Assembly (NCBI GenBank): GCA_040954595.2
Contig: CM082583.2
Coordinates: 218,542-282,541, forward strand
Direction: 5' to 3'
Length of the DNA stretch: 64,000 nt
Source of the DNA: Balanoglossus misakiensis
Taxonomy: Eukaryota; Animalia; Hemichordata
The translations under genes were made by a program, and so were the position numbers. The notes beneath the pieces were generated by a model. That model had not been told where the DNA came from, ran no database searches, and saw only the letters and a program-made list of their open reading frames with translations. Shown here in pieces: positions 37,910 to 49,979 of the stretch; within the stretch, counting starts at the first letter, position 1, and each line of letters starts with the position of its first letter.

Positions 37910-40309
37910 CATGGACCCTAGAGAAAGAAGGACGCGCAACTCCAGTTTTTTCTTGAAATGATGTTCTTTTGCATACATTATTTCCAGGTAAATCCCAATA
38001 ATCCAATTTGCAAATAAACTGTGTATAAACTAACGCAAAGTCTCGCGTTTTGCGTGAAGTTATCACAAACATCTTAGAATATCTCGCAGAAGACGACAAA
38101 ACTGCAACGTGGTTGAACGCAGCAATCATTTATGGAACACATCTGCACAAGTTAAACAGGAATTTGGCACCTCTGAGTCTGACAGCGTCCAAAACAAGCA
38201 TCTTTTGTCTAACAGTCCGGGTATTTCACAAGGCTGTGAGCTAACCGTACCGAGGGTTGCCTGGCGGCAATAGCGCACACATGAAAATCCAGCCAGTTTG
38301 TTTATAAATTGTTTTCGTGAAATCTGTTTTATTGTTCACGCACTGCGAAATAAAATGCCCCTAAACCACAATTTTTGTTTCAATGCTTCACGCAAACATA
38401 AAATTATTACGAAAAGTGTCAGCGTTACCAAGAAATATGAGTGCCCAGTCGGACATGCAAGAAGGACGCGCAACTCCAGTTTTTTCTTGAAATGATGTTC
38501 TTTTGCATACATTATTTCCAGGTAAATCCCAATAATCCAATTTGCAAATAAACTGTGTATAAACTAAGGCAAAGTCTCGCGTTTTGCGTGAAGTTATCAC
38601 AAACACCTTAGAACATCTCGCAGAAGACGAGAAAACTGCAACGTGGTTGAACGCAGCAATCATTTATGGAACACATCTGCACAAGTTAAACAGGAATTTG
38701 GCATGGATGATTTGTTTACAATTTTTAAATGAAGCTTGTGGCACTAGAAATGACCGTTCATCCGACAGACGACCATAATAATTAGCACAGACATCGTAAT
38801 ACTTTTAGAATTTTAGAAAAAATAGCGTCAAGGACACTGTGGTCCCATTTGAGGACATAGCACATACCAACATAGCAATAAGCATATCTGCTCTGGATGC
38901 CAAGATATGGAAAAGTAGGTCAAAGGTCACCTGAGGTCATGCAAAATTTGGGCAAGAAATTTTGACCCTATACTGGTCCATGTTGAACAAAAACCAAACC
39001 TATAGCCCTATTGGTTAGCCTGTAATTAGGTATGCACATAATTAATGAGATATGCAGGTGTCACAGGTGACCCATATTTTGGCTTTTCAATTTTAGTCCC
39101 AAACCTCCAAACGCGAAGTCGGTATCTGCTCTGGATGCCAAGATATGATAAAGTAGGTCAAAGGTCACCTGAGGTCATGCAAAATTTGGGCAAGAAATTT
39201 TGACCCTATACTGGTCCATGTTCAACAAAAACCAAACCTATAGCCTTATTGGTTAGCCTGGAATTAGGTATGCACATAATTAATGAGATACGCAGGTGTC
39301 ACAGGTGACCCCCAATTTTGGCTTCTCAATTTTAGTCCCAACCCTCCAAACGCCAAGTCTGTACCTGCTCTGGATGCCCAGATATAGGAAAGTAGGTCAA
39401 AGGTCACCTGAGGTCACCCAAAATTTGGGCAAGAAATTTTGACCCTATACTGGTCCATGTCCCACAAGAACGAAACCTCTAGCCCTATTAATTAGCCCGG
39501 AATTAGGTATGCACATAATTAATGTGTTAAGCAGGTGTTACAGGTGAGCCCAAAAATTTGCCTTTTATTTTGGCCCCATTGTGCTCACTGGCCAATAGAC
39601 AGTCACTGTACAGGACTATTGCTCAGACCAGAATTCCACAATAAGACGTGGACATAGCTTAACCATAGAGGTATAAGTAAAGGTATAAATTTAATAAAAA
39701 GACTAAAAAATTCATAAAAAATAAAACATCCATGATATCAACTTAACACTTACAGGTCGGTGTGAGGTTGACATAAGGTACATACATATCAATTTTCAAA
39801 GCAATCTGACCAGTAATTGTTGAGTTACAGAGTTTTGATCAATTTCACATTTTACAAGCTAATTTGCATATTTTTGGGCCTGGCAACTTCGTTTGGACAA
39901 ACTCCCATCTACAGCCCAGCCTGCACCTACACACCAAATATTGAGGTGATACGCGCAGCGGTTTTCAAGTTTTTGATGTGGACGGACATACAGACATACA
40001 TCCATACATCCATACATCCATACATCCATCCATACATACATACAGACGCAACCCATCCCATAAGGTCCCATGGTATATAGGCCTATACCAATGGGACCTA
40101 AAAAACGCAGTGGCTGCTGAAATGCAGGAGTGTCAGTTTGGTGGCAAGTTTTCGCATCACTGGTGGGGTCGACACGTGCCGAAGTAAGGAAGTCATTGTC
40201 CAACTGTCCTGGGTGTTAATTATATGCAAAAGAACATCATCATACAGATAATCCCCAAACCCTTTGATCTTTGCCGCAGTTGCTCGTCCTTCTTTCTCTA
40301 GGGTCTATG
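37910..40309. mobile_element. Non-autonomous P-element-like DNA transposon inserted in EGF exon E4 (contains a nested HINE)
   Basis: ~30-bp TIRs catggaccctagagaaagaaggacgcgcaac / gttgctcgtccttctttctctagggtctatg; 7-bp TSD gtttgac. Confidence 0.8.
38823..40099. mobile_element. HINE/DINE-1-like (Helentron-associated) element with ~240-bp internal tandem repeats
   Basis: Inserted in an A-run without TSD (empty site ~14210-14216). About 3 repeats start near 38886, 39124 and 39363. (catc/taca)n microsatellite; terminal hairpin ggtcccat..atgggacc. Confidence 0.8.
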
Positions 40310-42355
40310 GTTTGACAGATGTCACCTGTGTAAGAGTTCACACACTGGCATGAATAGAAATTGCACGATGTTTGCTGGCAAAATCCACCATTCATACATG
40401 GGTTGGGATCACAGGGGTTTTGCACTGGAAATTAAGAAAGGACGCCATTTTATTCCTTGCTACTCATTCTACAGATATGGCAAAAACCTTGCAGAATTAT
40501 GGCAAGGGTGTGTGGAGTGATTGTGCCTACAACTTATATTAGGCTGGTATCAAGTTGTTCACACCTCCATAGATCATGTGGCAGTGACTGTGAGGCAAGG
40601 GCTTCCCTTCATGAAATCAATGACTTGTGTACTGGAGGAGGGTTCCTTGCAAATGCTTGACTTGACTTCAAGCATACCTGTAGACTCATATGCAAATTTA
40701 CACTATCTGGCCTGGAGTGAGAATTTCCATAGTGGATGTGCGTTGACAAAAGGCTGAAAAATTGGCCAGTCGCGCATAATGTTTCTTGAACTAAGACAAT
40801 CAAGACATTATGCGCTACGAAAGTGATTTTGATTGGGAAGAGTGTAATCTTGCATTCGATGTCAAGAACGCTCCAAGCTCTGCTGTGGTGATGGCTACAC
40901 CTATGCTCAGGAAACATGCAGTATTTGAATGCATCAGAGACAAAAGGTAAAAGAGACTGCGCTGTATACTTACATATCTCACACCTATCACCTTTGTAGC
41001 AACCAGTACATATGCAGGTGAGATCAAAGCAGGAATTTCGAGCCGGTTGACAGAAGCCACCATTCTGGCACGGATTTGGTGGACACTGGTTGAGTCCTAC
41101 AAGGAAAAGGGTCAAATTTTCCATGATCATCAATGTCATGTGATTATGAATGTATGTAAGTGGCTGAAAAAAAATCCCAGGGGTGAGTTTCCTACAAAAA
41201 TTGTGATGTGACAAACCGACAAATTAGCATATTAGCATAATCAGAATAAATAAAAAACAGGTAGTTTAAAAGAACAAACACTTTGGAAAAGGAATAGAGC
41301 TAAGCTGCTGTCCCTTTCTAATTGTTACTCGTTCAAAAATCACCTGTCACATCACTCCAATTTTGTATCAGTTGCACTGGCTACCTGTTACAGAGCGTAT
41401 TGTTTTTAAGATGTTAGTTCTCATTTTTAAATCCATTCATAAACTTGGTCCAATCTATCTTTCTAGCATGACTAATCTATATGTTCCGTGTCGCAATTTG
41501 AGGTCAGCTGATCAGTTCAAACTCTGCCCTGTTCGATCACGCACCAAGAGTTATGGTGATCGTGCTTTTACTGTTGCTGCTCCAATTCTTTGGAATAATC
41601 TTCCACTCACCATTCACCAGGCACCAGACTTATCTGTTTTTAAAACAAATGTTGAAACTTTACTTTTTAAATCTGTTTTTTAGCCAATTGTTGTATTGTA
41701 CTTTTGCTTTAAGCGTCATTGATCACATTTTTTGTGGATACTGACGCTATACAAATAAATTATTATTATTATTATTATTTCTATTTTTGTGTTTGTACAA
41801 CATCAGTGAAGTTTAAATCATAATAAAAAAAATGATAATTATCATTATTAACTGCTATAGATTCAAACTTACTTGTCTCACACCTGTTTCCCTAGTAACA
41901 CTCTGTGCACATGCCAATGGTGGCAGTACAAGAATTTGCCTGTTGTTGGCAGGTACCTCCATTGAGACAAGGACTAGTGAAGCATGGATTAGGAACTGGA
42001 AGACAGGAATTCAAAATTTTATACAACAGTTACCTATGGTAACACCAGTACACGTTCATTATTTCTCTGTTATGTTTTTATACTGGTGATTTTACTGTTT
42101 TTATTACCGATCATATGACTGACTTAAAGATGATGATGATGATGATAATGACTACACCTGCTATTATTACTACAATGTACCTCAGCACTTAGATTTTTTA
42201 ATAAATGACAAAGTACTGTACTCACGTGTTTCACATGTGAAGCCCAGGTAGCAGCCAGCACATCGACATGTGACGCCTGTACAAGATCCCTGGATTGCTT
42301 GGCAAGTACCAGCATTCCGGCATGGGTTAAGGTTTGTGTTCGCACGGATTCATTG
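40310..42355 (-). pseudogene. 8-Cys EGF exons E4-E1 (copy B)
   Basis: Exons: 40310-40424 (TE-split), 40974-41096 (open), 41873-41995 (TAG), 42226-42355 (+1). Same lesions as copy A. Confidence 0.86.
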
Positions 42356-45101
42356 CTGCAAATGTACACAATATTTACAAAATAAAACAGTATACAACTG
42401 TAAGTATTTATAATCATCAATTGTGAATATCACACCAATCAAGGCCTTTTAATGCACCCTGATTGCTGAGAGCTGAAATACGTGAACCAACGTGTATTTG
42501 TTTTCACTACTATATCACATGACATTCTGCATTTCTTTTCCATAGTTGGAGTCTGCACCCAACATTGTATTCCGGGGTAGCACTACCCGGAACCCCGAAA
42601 CTTTTTCGTCATCATCCGAGTACTTTTCCCAGCATGCAGTTGCCAAGAAGGCTGCACAGGGAGTTTTTAATTTTGCACTGGTATACAATTTTTTTATTCG
42701 TCAATTTCACAGACACGTGCATTGCACATCAAAATTTTGCGTCAGAAGTGAGGACAACTTAACTAGGTACCAATGCAATGTGGTTTTAGGCGGATTTGAA
42801 CTTTTCCTTTAATGTAACAGTTGTATTGACATGCGATTATCATACTGAACATGAAGCAATCTCAAAATTGCTAAAAATAAAATAATTCAGAACATTTAGA
42901 TTCTACAATGGTGAAAAAATATGACAAACCTTCCAAAATTCTTATTTTTGAGGCCATTTTACAAAAATCTACGAGCCTGGCAAAATCTGAAAGAGGTGCT
43001 AGATAAAGGGTGCTTTTTCAAAACTCTAGATGGTTGACCCCCAATTTTTATTCCATAGATTAAATGTTTAGAAGTCATAGTATCATCAGTATTAATTTTA
43101 ACATGATCAGACGACCCTTTATTTCGAGGTGCGCAACACCTTAAATATGTTTTTACGACTAAGACGACTACAAACCTGGTAGAAGGGGAGTACATGTTGT
43201 TGATGGTCCCAGAGAGTAGGTTCTTGATGTGCAGGCAAGTGGGTGATGTTGCTGCACACTGACAGCCTGGATCGCAAGGGTTACAGGATACTTCTGTGGC
43301 TGTGTCAGCATAATAACTTGATGGACAAGGAATGGGGCTGTCTGACCCATCTGGACAGTAGTTACCTACGCCGCAATCAGCACATGTCATGTCTGTAGAA
43401 TAACAGCAGATTGTGTAGTGAGTGTTTTGCCAATATGACAGAGTTCAAGTATGCTTATTTGGTTAAATTTTAAAAGGAATATCACCCGCTGTTTTAGAGT
43501 TAATATTGCGAAAGGGACTTCATAAGTTGTCTGAAAACACCAGTTTCCCCAATTTTCACTAATGTATAGGAATACATGAGAAGTCGGCCAGTACGCGCGT
43601 ATGAGAAGTCGGCCAGTACGAGAAGTCGGCCAGTTGTTGAACTTGTACCCGAATAGTGCAGTGATGACCCAGATTATTTATAACAACACTTAATAAAATA
43701 TAATTGCACTAAATATTTTCATTTGGACGGATTTCCCAAATTCTTGACAACACAATGGCGTCATTTCAAATAATGGCGTCTGGCATCCGTACCAGTTCCC
43801 CAGCCCCGTATCCGCGTAAGGAGCTTAGGTTGTTCGCCAAATTCCTGTGACATTTCTGATTAAAGGGAGTTGTTTCAAAGCCTACTAAAATACATAGAAG
43901 ATGTATGTGTATATTCATACTTTCTGAGACAACACCAAACAAACAAACAAACAAACGTGACAAGGAACAGACTACTGGCGCAGCTCAAGAAGTGCAGGTG
44001 ACTGATGTTGACGTACCCCGGTGACGTACATGAAAAGTGAACAGACAGTTTTAAAATTCATCGGCTATTTGTACAAATATCTCAGCTCCTGTACATCAAG
44101 GAAACATTTCGTAGTGAAACAGTTATATATAACACAAAGTACCAGGGTTCTCTCCCACAGGCCGACTTCTCGTACTGGCCGATACCGACTTCTCATACTG
44201 GTCGACTTCTCAGGACACCATGTATAGCATAGCTGTTGAACTAAAAAAATATGTAAAACTACAAGTGATGTAAACAACTTGTGGAACCATGTTCAAATCG
44301 AGACCAGAAGAAAAGAGATTTCAAGACTTACCTCCTTCAACACTTTACTGCCCTGTTGCGCACTGTGTGACACTTGTAGTTGTGCATTCATAACCAGAAG
44401 GACGTGGCCGAACCTAGCGAGTATGAACCTATCACAGAAAAAATTCAAAGAACGATTGGTTTGGTCCAACGATCCCTTATTAGAGAGATGTCCGTAATCA
44501 CAGGTGTTACTGTACAATACCTCTTCAGTGGAATCATTGTGTTTTTCAAAGTGCATCACAATATCAACTCCAATGAGCATAACAGTTTAATTTTCTGTGT
44601 ATGTCATGCTATAACACAGGGAAGTCACAAGAGTAATTTGCAGCCCAACTTACCAGTAACTGTTGAACAATCAACTACGGGTGACATGGTTGGACACTTG
44701 GATCCTGCTGGACAAGGCGTGCATGTGCCGTCGCCTTCCATAGCATATTCACCATTGCCACAGTCAAGCGGATCTTACATTGGATCTGAACACGATTTTC
44801 CAGCAGGGCACAGAAGACAGGATGTGCGTGCAGGCTCCTCACTTATTTCATCTGATTAAAGAAAATGAGGTTTTTAGTGATGTATTTGTGATACAGTGTC
44901 ATTTAAAATAACAAATTACTTGAGATGATTCACTTCATAATTCTGAGACAAGTATACAGGCATGTAGAAAATTCTTTGGAGGACATTAAACGTCATTTCT
45001 AATCAACCATTTTCTGAATATCATAAGACTCTGCGAGATCTCACATGGCTAACCGGGTCTCGCAAGATTTCGCACTGAGTTGATAATCTGTTGTAAACAC
45101 A

Positions 45102-45504
45102 TACCGTTATCGTACCCACCGCGGCCGACTGGCCACGCTGAGTTATATATAGACGCTCTAGAAAACATGACCTCAGACAGGTCCCTCGGGACCGTGCCTC
45201 GAATTCAACGATCACTAGATGGACGCGCGGCTAGATGGACGCGCTGCCGCGTGTGAGGTCACCGGGGAGCTTTCCAAAGCGGCCGCGTGGAGCTGCTTCA
45301 GTCCGTCCTCGACGCGAAACACCCAACATTGGAAGATCCCGACTTGGACTCGGAGAATGAACCACTCAAAAATTTGCATAAAAGTCGAGGTGGCCATCCC
45401 TCATTTGCATAAATCTCGAGGCCATATCCGGGCTAAAGCCCCCCCTGTTTTTTCGCTAATCTGTTGGCCCAGCACCCGGGGCTCTTACCCGGGCAACTAC
45501 GGTA
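45102..45504. mobile_element. GC-rich TA-targeting MITE in a (taca)n microsatellite
   Basis: taccgt...acggta termini. Absent at the paralogous site ~23628. Confidence 0.75.
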
Positions 45505-46533
45505 CATACATACATACACACACACACATAACCCCAGTCGCACTGACTTGAAAATCTGTTGTAAACACATACATGCATACACACATACCACTCAGTTTCA
45601 TCACACAGCAAACTGAACAAGTACCACAATCTTACCATTTTTACATCTGGTACAGTTTGTTGCACCAGCCAATGACACGTAACCCTTGGTACACTTGAAT
45701 TGCGATGCACTGGGATCTGTGCAGGCGTACCCTTGCTCACAAATAGTACACTGTTCAGCACCGGCTGATCTGTAAATCAAACAAAGAATTTACACACCAA
45801 GTTAACCTTTGAATACCACTGTAAAAAATTGGCGCAAATTTTAATTATTTTCATAAATAGAGGTCTATTCAAATTTGGAAAAATTGTCATTTTTTCATTC
45901 ATATATTATATCAGTAAATTTTAAATACAGAAATGGAAAATGTTCCCATCCTATTTTTCAGTTAGTAAATTACCTGACCTAATGTTTGATGTTGGAAATA
46001 AAGGTTGGTGGGTAGAAATTTACCTGTTATGCAAGAGGTACAGCGAGACATCCTTTGTCCAAGGCCGAACTGTAATAACCAGCCGAGCATAAAATCACAG
46101 TGTTACCATTTGGACATTGGTTACCAGCTGGGCAATCAGCACATGATGTTTGTGCTGAAAATAAACAGAGATTTATAGAATCTTATAGTCACAGTCATAC
46201 CTTCAAAGACGTGGGATTCTCACGCGGGTTGGGGACACAAAAATCCCTGGCAAAAGATTGAGGACAGGAAAATGCCAAACCAGAGATATTGGTAACAGAA
46301 ACTGTATACAGTCAATGCCATATGGCAGTGTGCTGTTCTAACAACAGACAAGAATGTGACGATCATAGTCTGTGTCGGAGATTTGGAAAAGAGCAAATTC
46401 GGTGAAAAGACGGGACAAAACAAAAGTCTACTTATACGATGCACATGAAAACTGGATGAAAGCGAAGCAGTCCACTATTTGAATGCATTGGATGTAAAAT
46501 TGGCAGAATATTTGGACTGGACGTAATGTTTGT

Positions 46534-47845
46534 ATGGGGTGCCATGTGTTAACTTATTATTTAGCTAAATTATTTGTTCAAAAGTCGTTATTTAACATAC
46601 TTATATGTATGTAATTATAGATTTGCAAACCATTTAAGTCCTGACAATTTATTTATAAATAATTTCAAGTCGATTCAATTATATACATAAAATGTATTTT
46701 ATGCTCTTTTATTTATATATAATAAATTATTTATAAACAATGTTAGTGTCAGTCTATTATATATATATCATGAGTGATGTACATAATTATTTATATTTAA
46801 TTAATTATTTATAAACAAAAAAATTTAAGTGTATTATAAAAAGCTGATCGATAGCTCTACATTGTGGTCTCCGAGGTCAAAGGTTGGCCGGTCATGACAA
46901 TGCCATTATTAAAATAGGGGCCAGTCTTCAAGACGTGACTCTACCAGCCTCCAGACCAGGAACTGGCGACCCGCCGTTTGTTTCCAACGCCAAATTTGAT
47001 TCTAATGTTGAATTTACGAGAAAACAATTTATCTGACCTGTAGTTTTTTGGCTCACTTACGTTTTGATGACTGGCCCCTATTTTAATAATGGTACCGCCA
47101 TGACCGGCCAACCTTTGACCTCAGAGACCACAATGTAGAGCTATCGATCAGCTTTTTGCGTTTCAATCAAACATTGCAATCACGGGCTAAAATCACTAAC
47201 TAGTTGATACCTTTTTCGGTGTTTCATCTAACCTTTGAAAGGAGTATAATAAAAATGAAATGACCACACGTAATGTGCATTTCTTGTTCACGTGTGGGGA
47301 CTATATGTGTGCGTAATGATCCAAATGCAAGGGGTTGTGTGAACAGGCCTTAAATAATGAGTTTGCGTTAAATAATGAGTTTGCGTTAAATAATAAGTTG
47401 ACAAACGGCGCGAGTGCATTTTTTCATGGTTTAGAAATCACTTATTTATATATAATTCATTATATAATGTAAATCACTCATGATATATATATAATAGACT
47501 TGCACTTAAATTATTTATAAATCACTCATGATATATATATAATACACTTAAATTTTTTTTTATTTATAAATTATTAATTATATATAAATAATTATGTACA
47601 TCACTCATGATATATATATAATAGACTGACACTGACATTGTTTATAAATAATTTATTATATATAAATAAAAGAGCATAAAAATACATTTTATGTATATAA
47701 TTGAATCGACTTGAAATTATTTATAAATAAATTGTCAGGACTTAAATGGTTTGCAAATCTATAATTACATACATATAAGTATGTTAAATAACGACTTTTG
47801 AACAAATAATTTAGCTAAATAATAAGTTAACACATGGCACCCCAT
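46534..47845. mobile_element. Foldback/Mutator-like element with ~300-bp AT-rich TIRs and an inner inverted repeat
   Basis: atggggtgccatgtgttaac...gttaacacatggcaccccat; TSD atgtttgt(a). Empty site at ~24546. Confidence 0.9.
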
Positions 47846-48311
47846 ATGTTTGTACGCACAGAATTACGCACATGCACATAAGATGATCGTCTGCCTTAAG
47901 TGAAAGATTACACAGTAATGCCCAAACTTTAAGTGCTGACTCACCCTCTATATTAGTGTAGTATCCATCTTCACAGACCTCTGGCTCCGACATACCATCA
48001 TATTGGCACTTATACCCAGGGCAGGACAAGGCGTACAGTCTATACTTCCATTGTTGGCAAAATATCCCTGTCCGCATTGTGTTGGTGATGAGAGGCTGGC
48101 TGTTCCACACATGAAACCCTTGGACACAGCGTGCATGCTTCAGAACATGCTGAACTGTAACTTCCAACTGCGCAGTCCTGTAGGAGTGAAGACGTTAAAT
48201 ATTAGGGAGGTTTAGGAGCCCTCTAGCCAGCAAACTTCATCAAGGATGTACGCGCAGAACATAAACTGGAAACACTGTGCGCCCGGTCTTTTTCCCATAG
48301 GATTACATTGA

Positions 48312-49112
48312 TTATCACATACATAGCTCCGCATATACCATAGTATGACGTCAGACGTAGGTAAATTTGCACCAAGCGTTATTGTAATACCCATCCCTCT
48401 GACGTCACCAAACGGAACTATTTTAAACTTGTAAACAAAGTCCTCTTAGGGCGACAAAATTCAGTGCAATTGTTGGTTTTATTTCGATTTTAAAAATAAT
48501 CAAAGATAAATAAAATGTTTCGTATGTGTAAATATGGACGATCGACGATTAGTTTTACCTGTGTACATTTTTATCGCACCAACCGGCACCAAAACTATCG
48601 CAAGGTCGTCAGTGCTGAGCCAATGTCGTCGCGTTGTCGAACGAGCAACAGGTACAAAACTGAGTATTCGCAAAAATTTTGATGCGACGATTAGAGCAAA
48701 ACGGTCTAGTCATGAAGCAAAAGGCATAAGAAAGGTTTCCTGCTCCAGTGAAACCTTGACGGACGATGAAATCCTGCTGACGCACGACAGACGGGTCCTC
48801 GCCAAAACCAGAATCGTCCAGGTCGTGACCTGAGTCACCTGACAGATAGACCGCATAACATCGATCTTCAATTTTGCACAAAATAGTTACAAATTTTATC
48901 GCAACCACAAAGAGATTTATTTGAAAATCAAAATTAGCGGATCTATGTATGTGATAAACATATAATTCCCCCGTATTCCTCACTCGTGTACCTGCGTCGC
49001 GAACTCTCGATTCCCAGTATAGAATGGCTCGGAGGGATACGGCCACTATACGGGGAATCACTCGTCCGCGACGCAGGCACACTCGTTCGAAATACGGGGG
49101 AATTATATATAA
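48312..49112. mobile_element. Hairpin-ended non-autonomous element (Crypton-like) nested in a TTAA MITE
   Basis: Present only in copy C (empty site cattga|taatcgcc at ~25010). Terminal stem-loop ataattcccccgtatt...aatacgggggaattat; no clear TSD. Confidence 0.7.
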
Positions 49113-49979
49113 TAATCGCCAGAAAACAAACTTCTACTATTGTCATTTTAACGAAATTTTACACATAGCTCAGTCCAGCAAATATAAATTCATTGGTCAA
49201 ATAAAATATAGGGGTCACCGTGCTCTTTTTTGAGATAAATTGCGTTAAGAATTTTGCCCATAGACAAACCGCTGGTGAAAAATGCTGAGTCAGCAGATTT
49301 CTTCTATTATCGACCAAATTCATGGCTCTGTATTTCAAAAACAAGCCCAGTGACCCCTATATTTAATTACGGATTTTTATTATACATACAAAGGAGAATA
49401 AAAAAATCCACAATTAAAAAAAATGACAATACTTTCAATTTTACTGAACGTACATCCTTAATGTTACTTATGTAGTGGAGCACCAAAACCCAAATTTTCA
49501 TATCGATTGTGTATTTTGTGATAAAAGCACCAAACTTGGCTCAGATGTGTGTTAATGTGTACTGAACAAATTCAGATAGCGAGTCACTAAATATCTGTTA
49601 AAGAGTTTCCATGGCAACCAATTATTTTCAAAATGGCCGCCAATACAGATAATCACACCTGTTAAACACCAAAATAAATTCAGATTACAATATTTGAAAT
49701 AAGAAACTACGAAAAGAATGGTTTGCAATAGAACTATGGTTATTGAACAACAAATGTACTTATAAGGGTAACTAAGGGATCAAAACACAGGTGCAACTTT
49801 CAATCCCTGGTTCTCGCATTAGTATAGGTGCTCCCCCTAGTCAAACATTATGGCTAGTTGCGATATTTAACTTGAAGTACGTAAATTACACACACACGAA
49901 TCGCAACAGTTAGCGAGTCACTAAATATCTATTGAAGAGTGACTATGCAACTTATTCAAGATCCATCCTATCCACAATA

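Larger units (their letters stand above)
24620..47920. repeat. Tandem segmental duplication unit, copy B (most complete exon set)
   Basis: Collinear with 1-24619. Retains exons deleted in copy A (34105-35298 and 43176-43392). Confidence 0.97.
43176..48177 (-). pseudogene. GCC2/GCC3 Cys-rich repeat exon cluster (B/C junction)
   Basis: Exons: 47945-48177, 46024-46154, 45636-45769, 44654-44851, 44332-44428, and 43176-43392 (MTCADCGVGNYCPDGSDSPIPCPSSYYAD..CNPCDPG; deleted in copy A). Confidence 0.87.

Noticed and set aside
6985-48177. Functional Notch, fibropellin or SVEP1 gene
   Set aside because: No LNR, ankyrin, CUB, sushi or TM exons. The EGF pattern is atypical, and shared stops and frameshifts are numerous. 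No symbol assigned.
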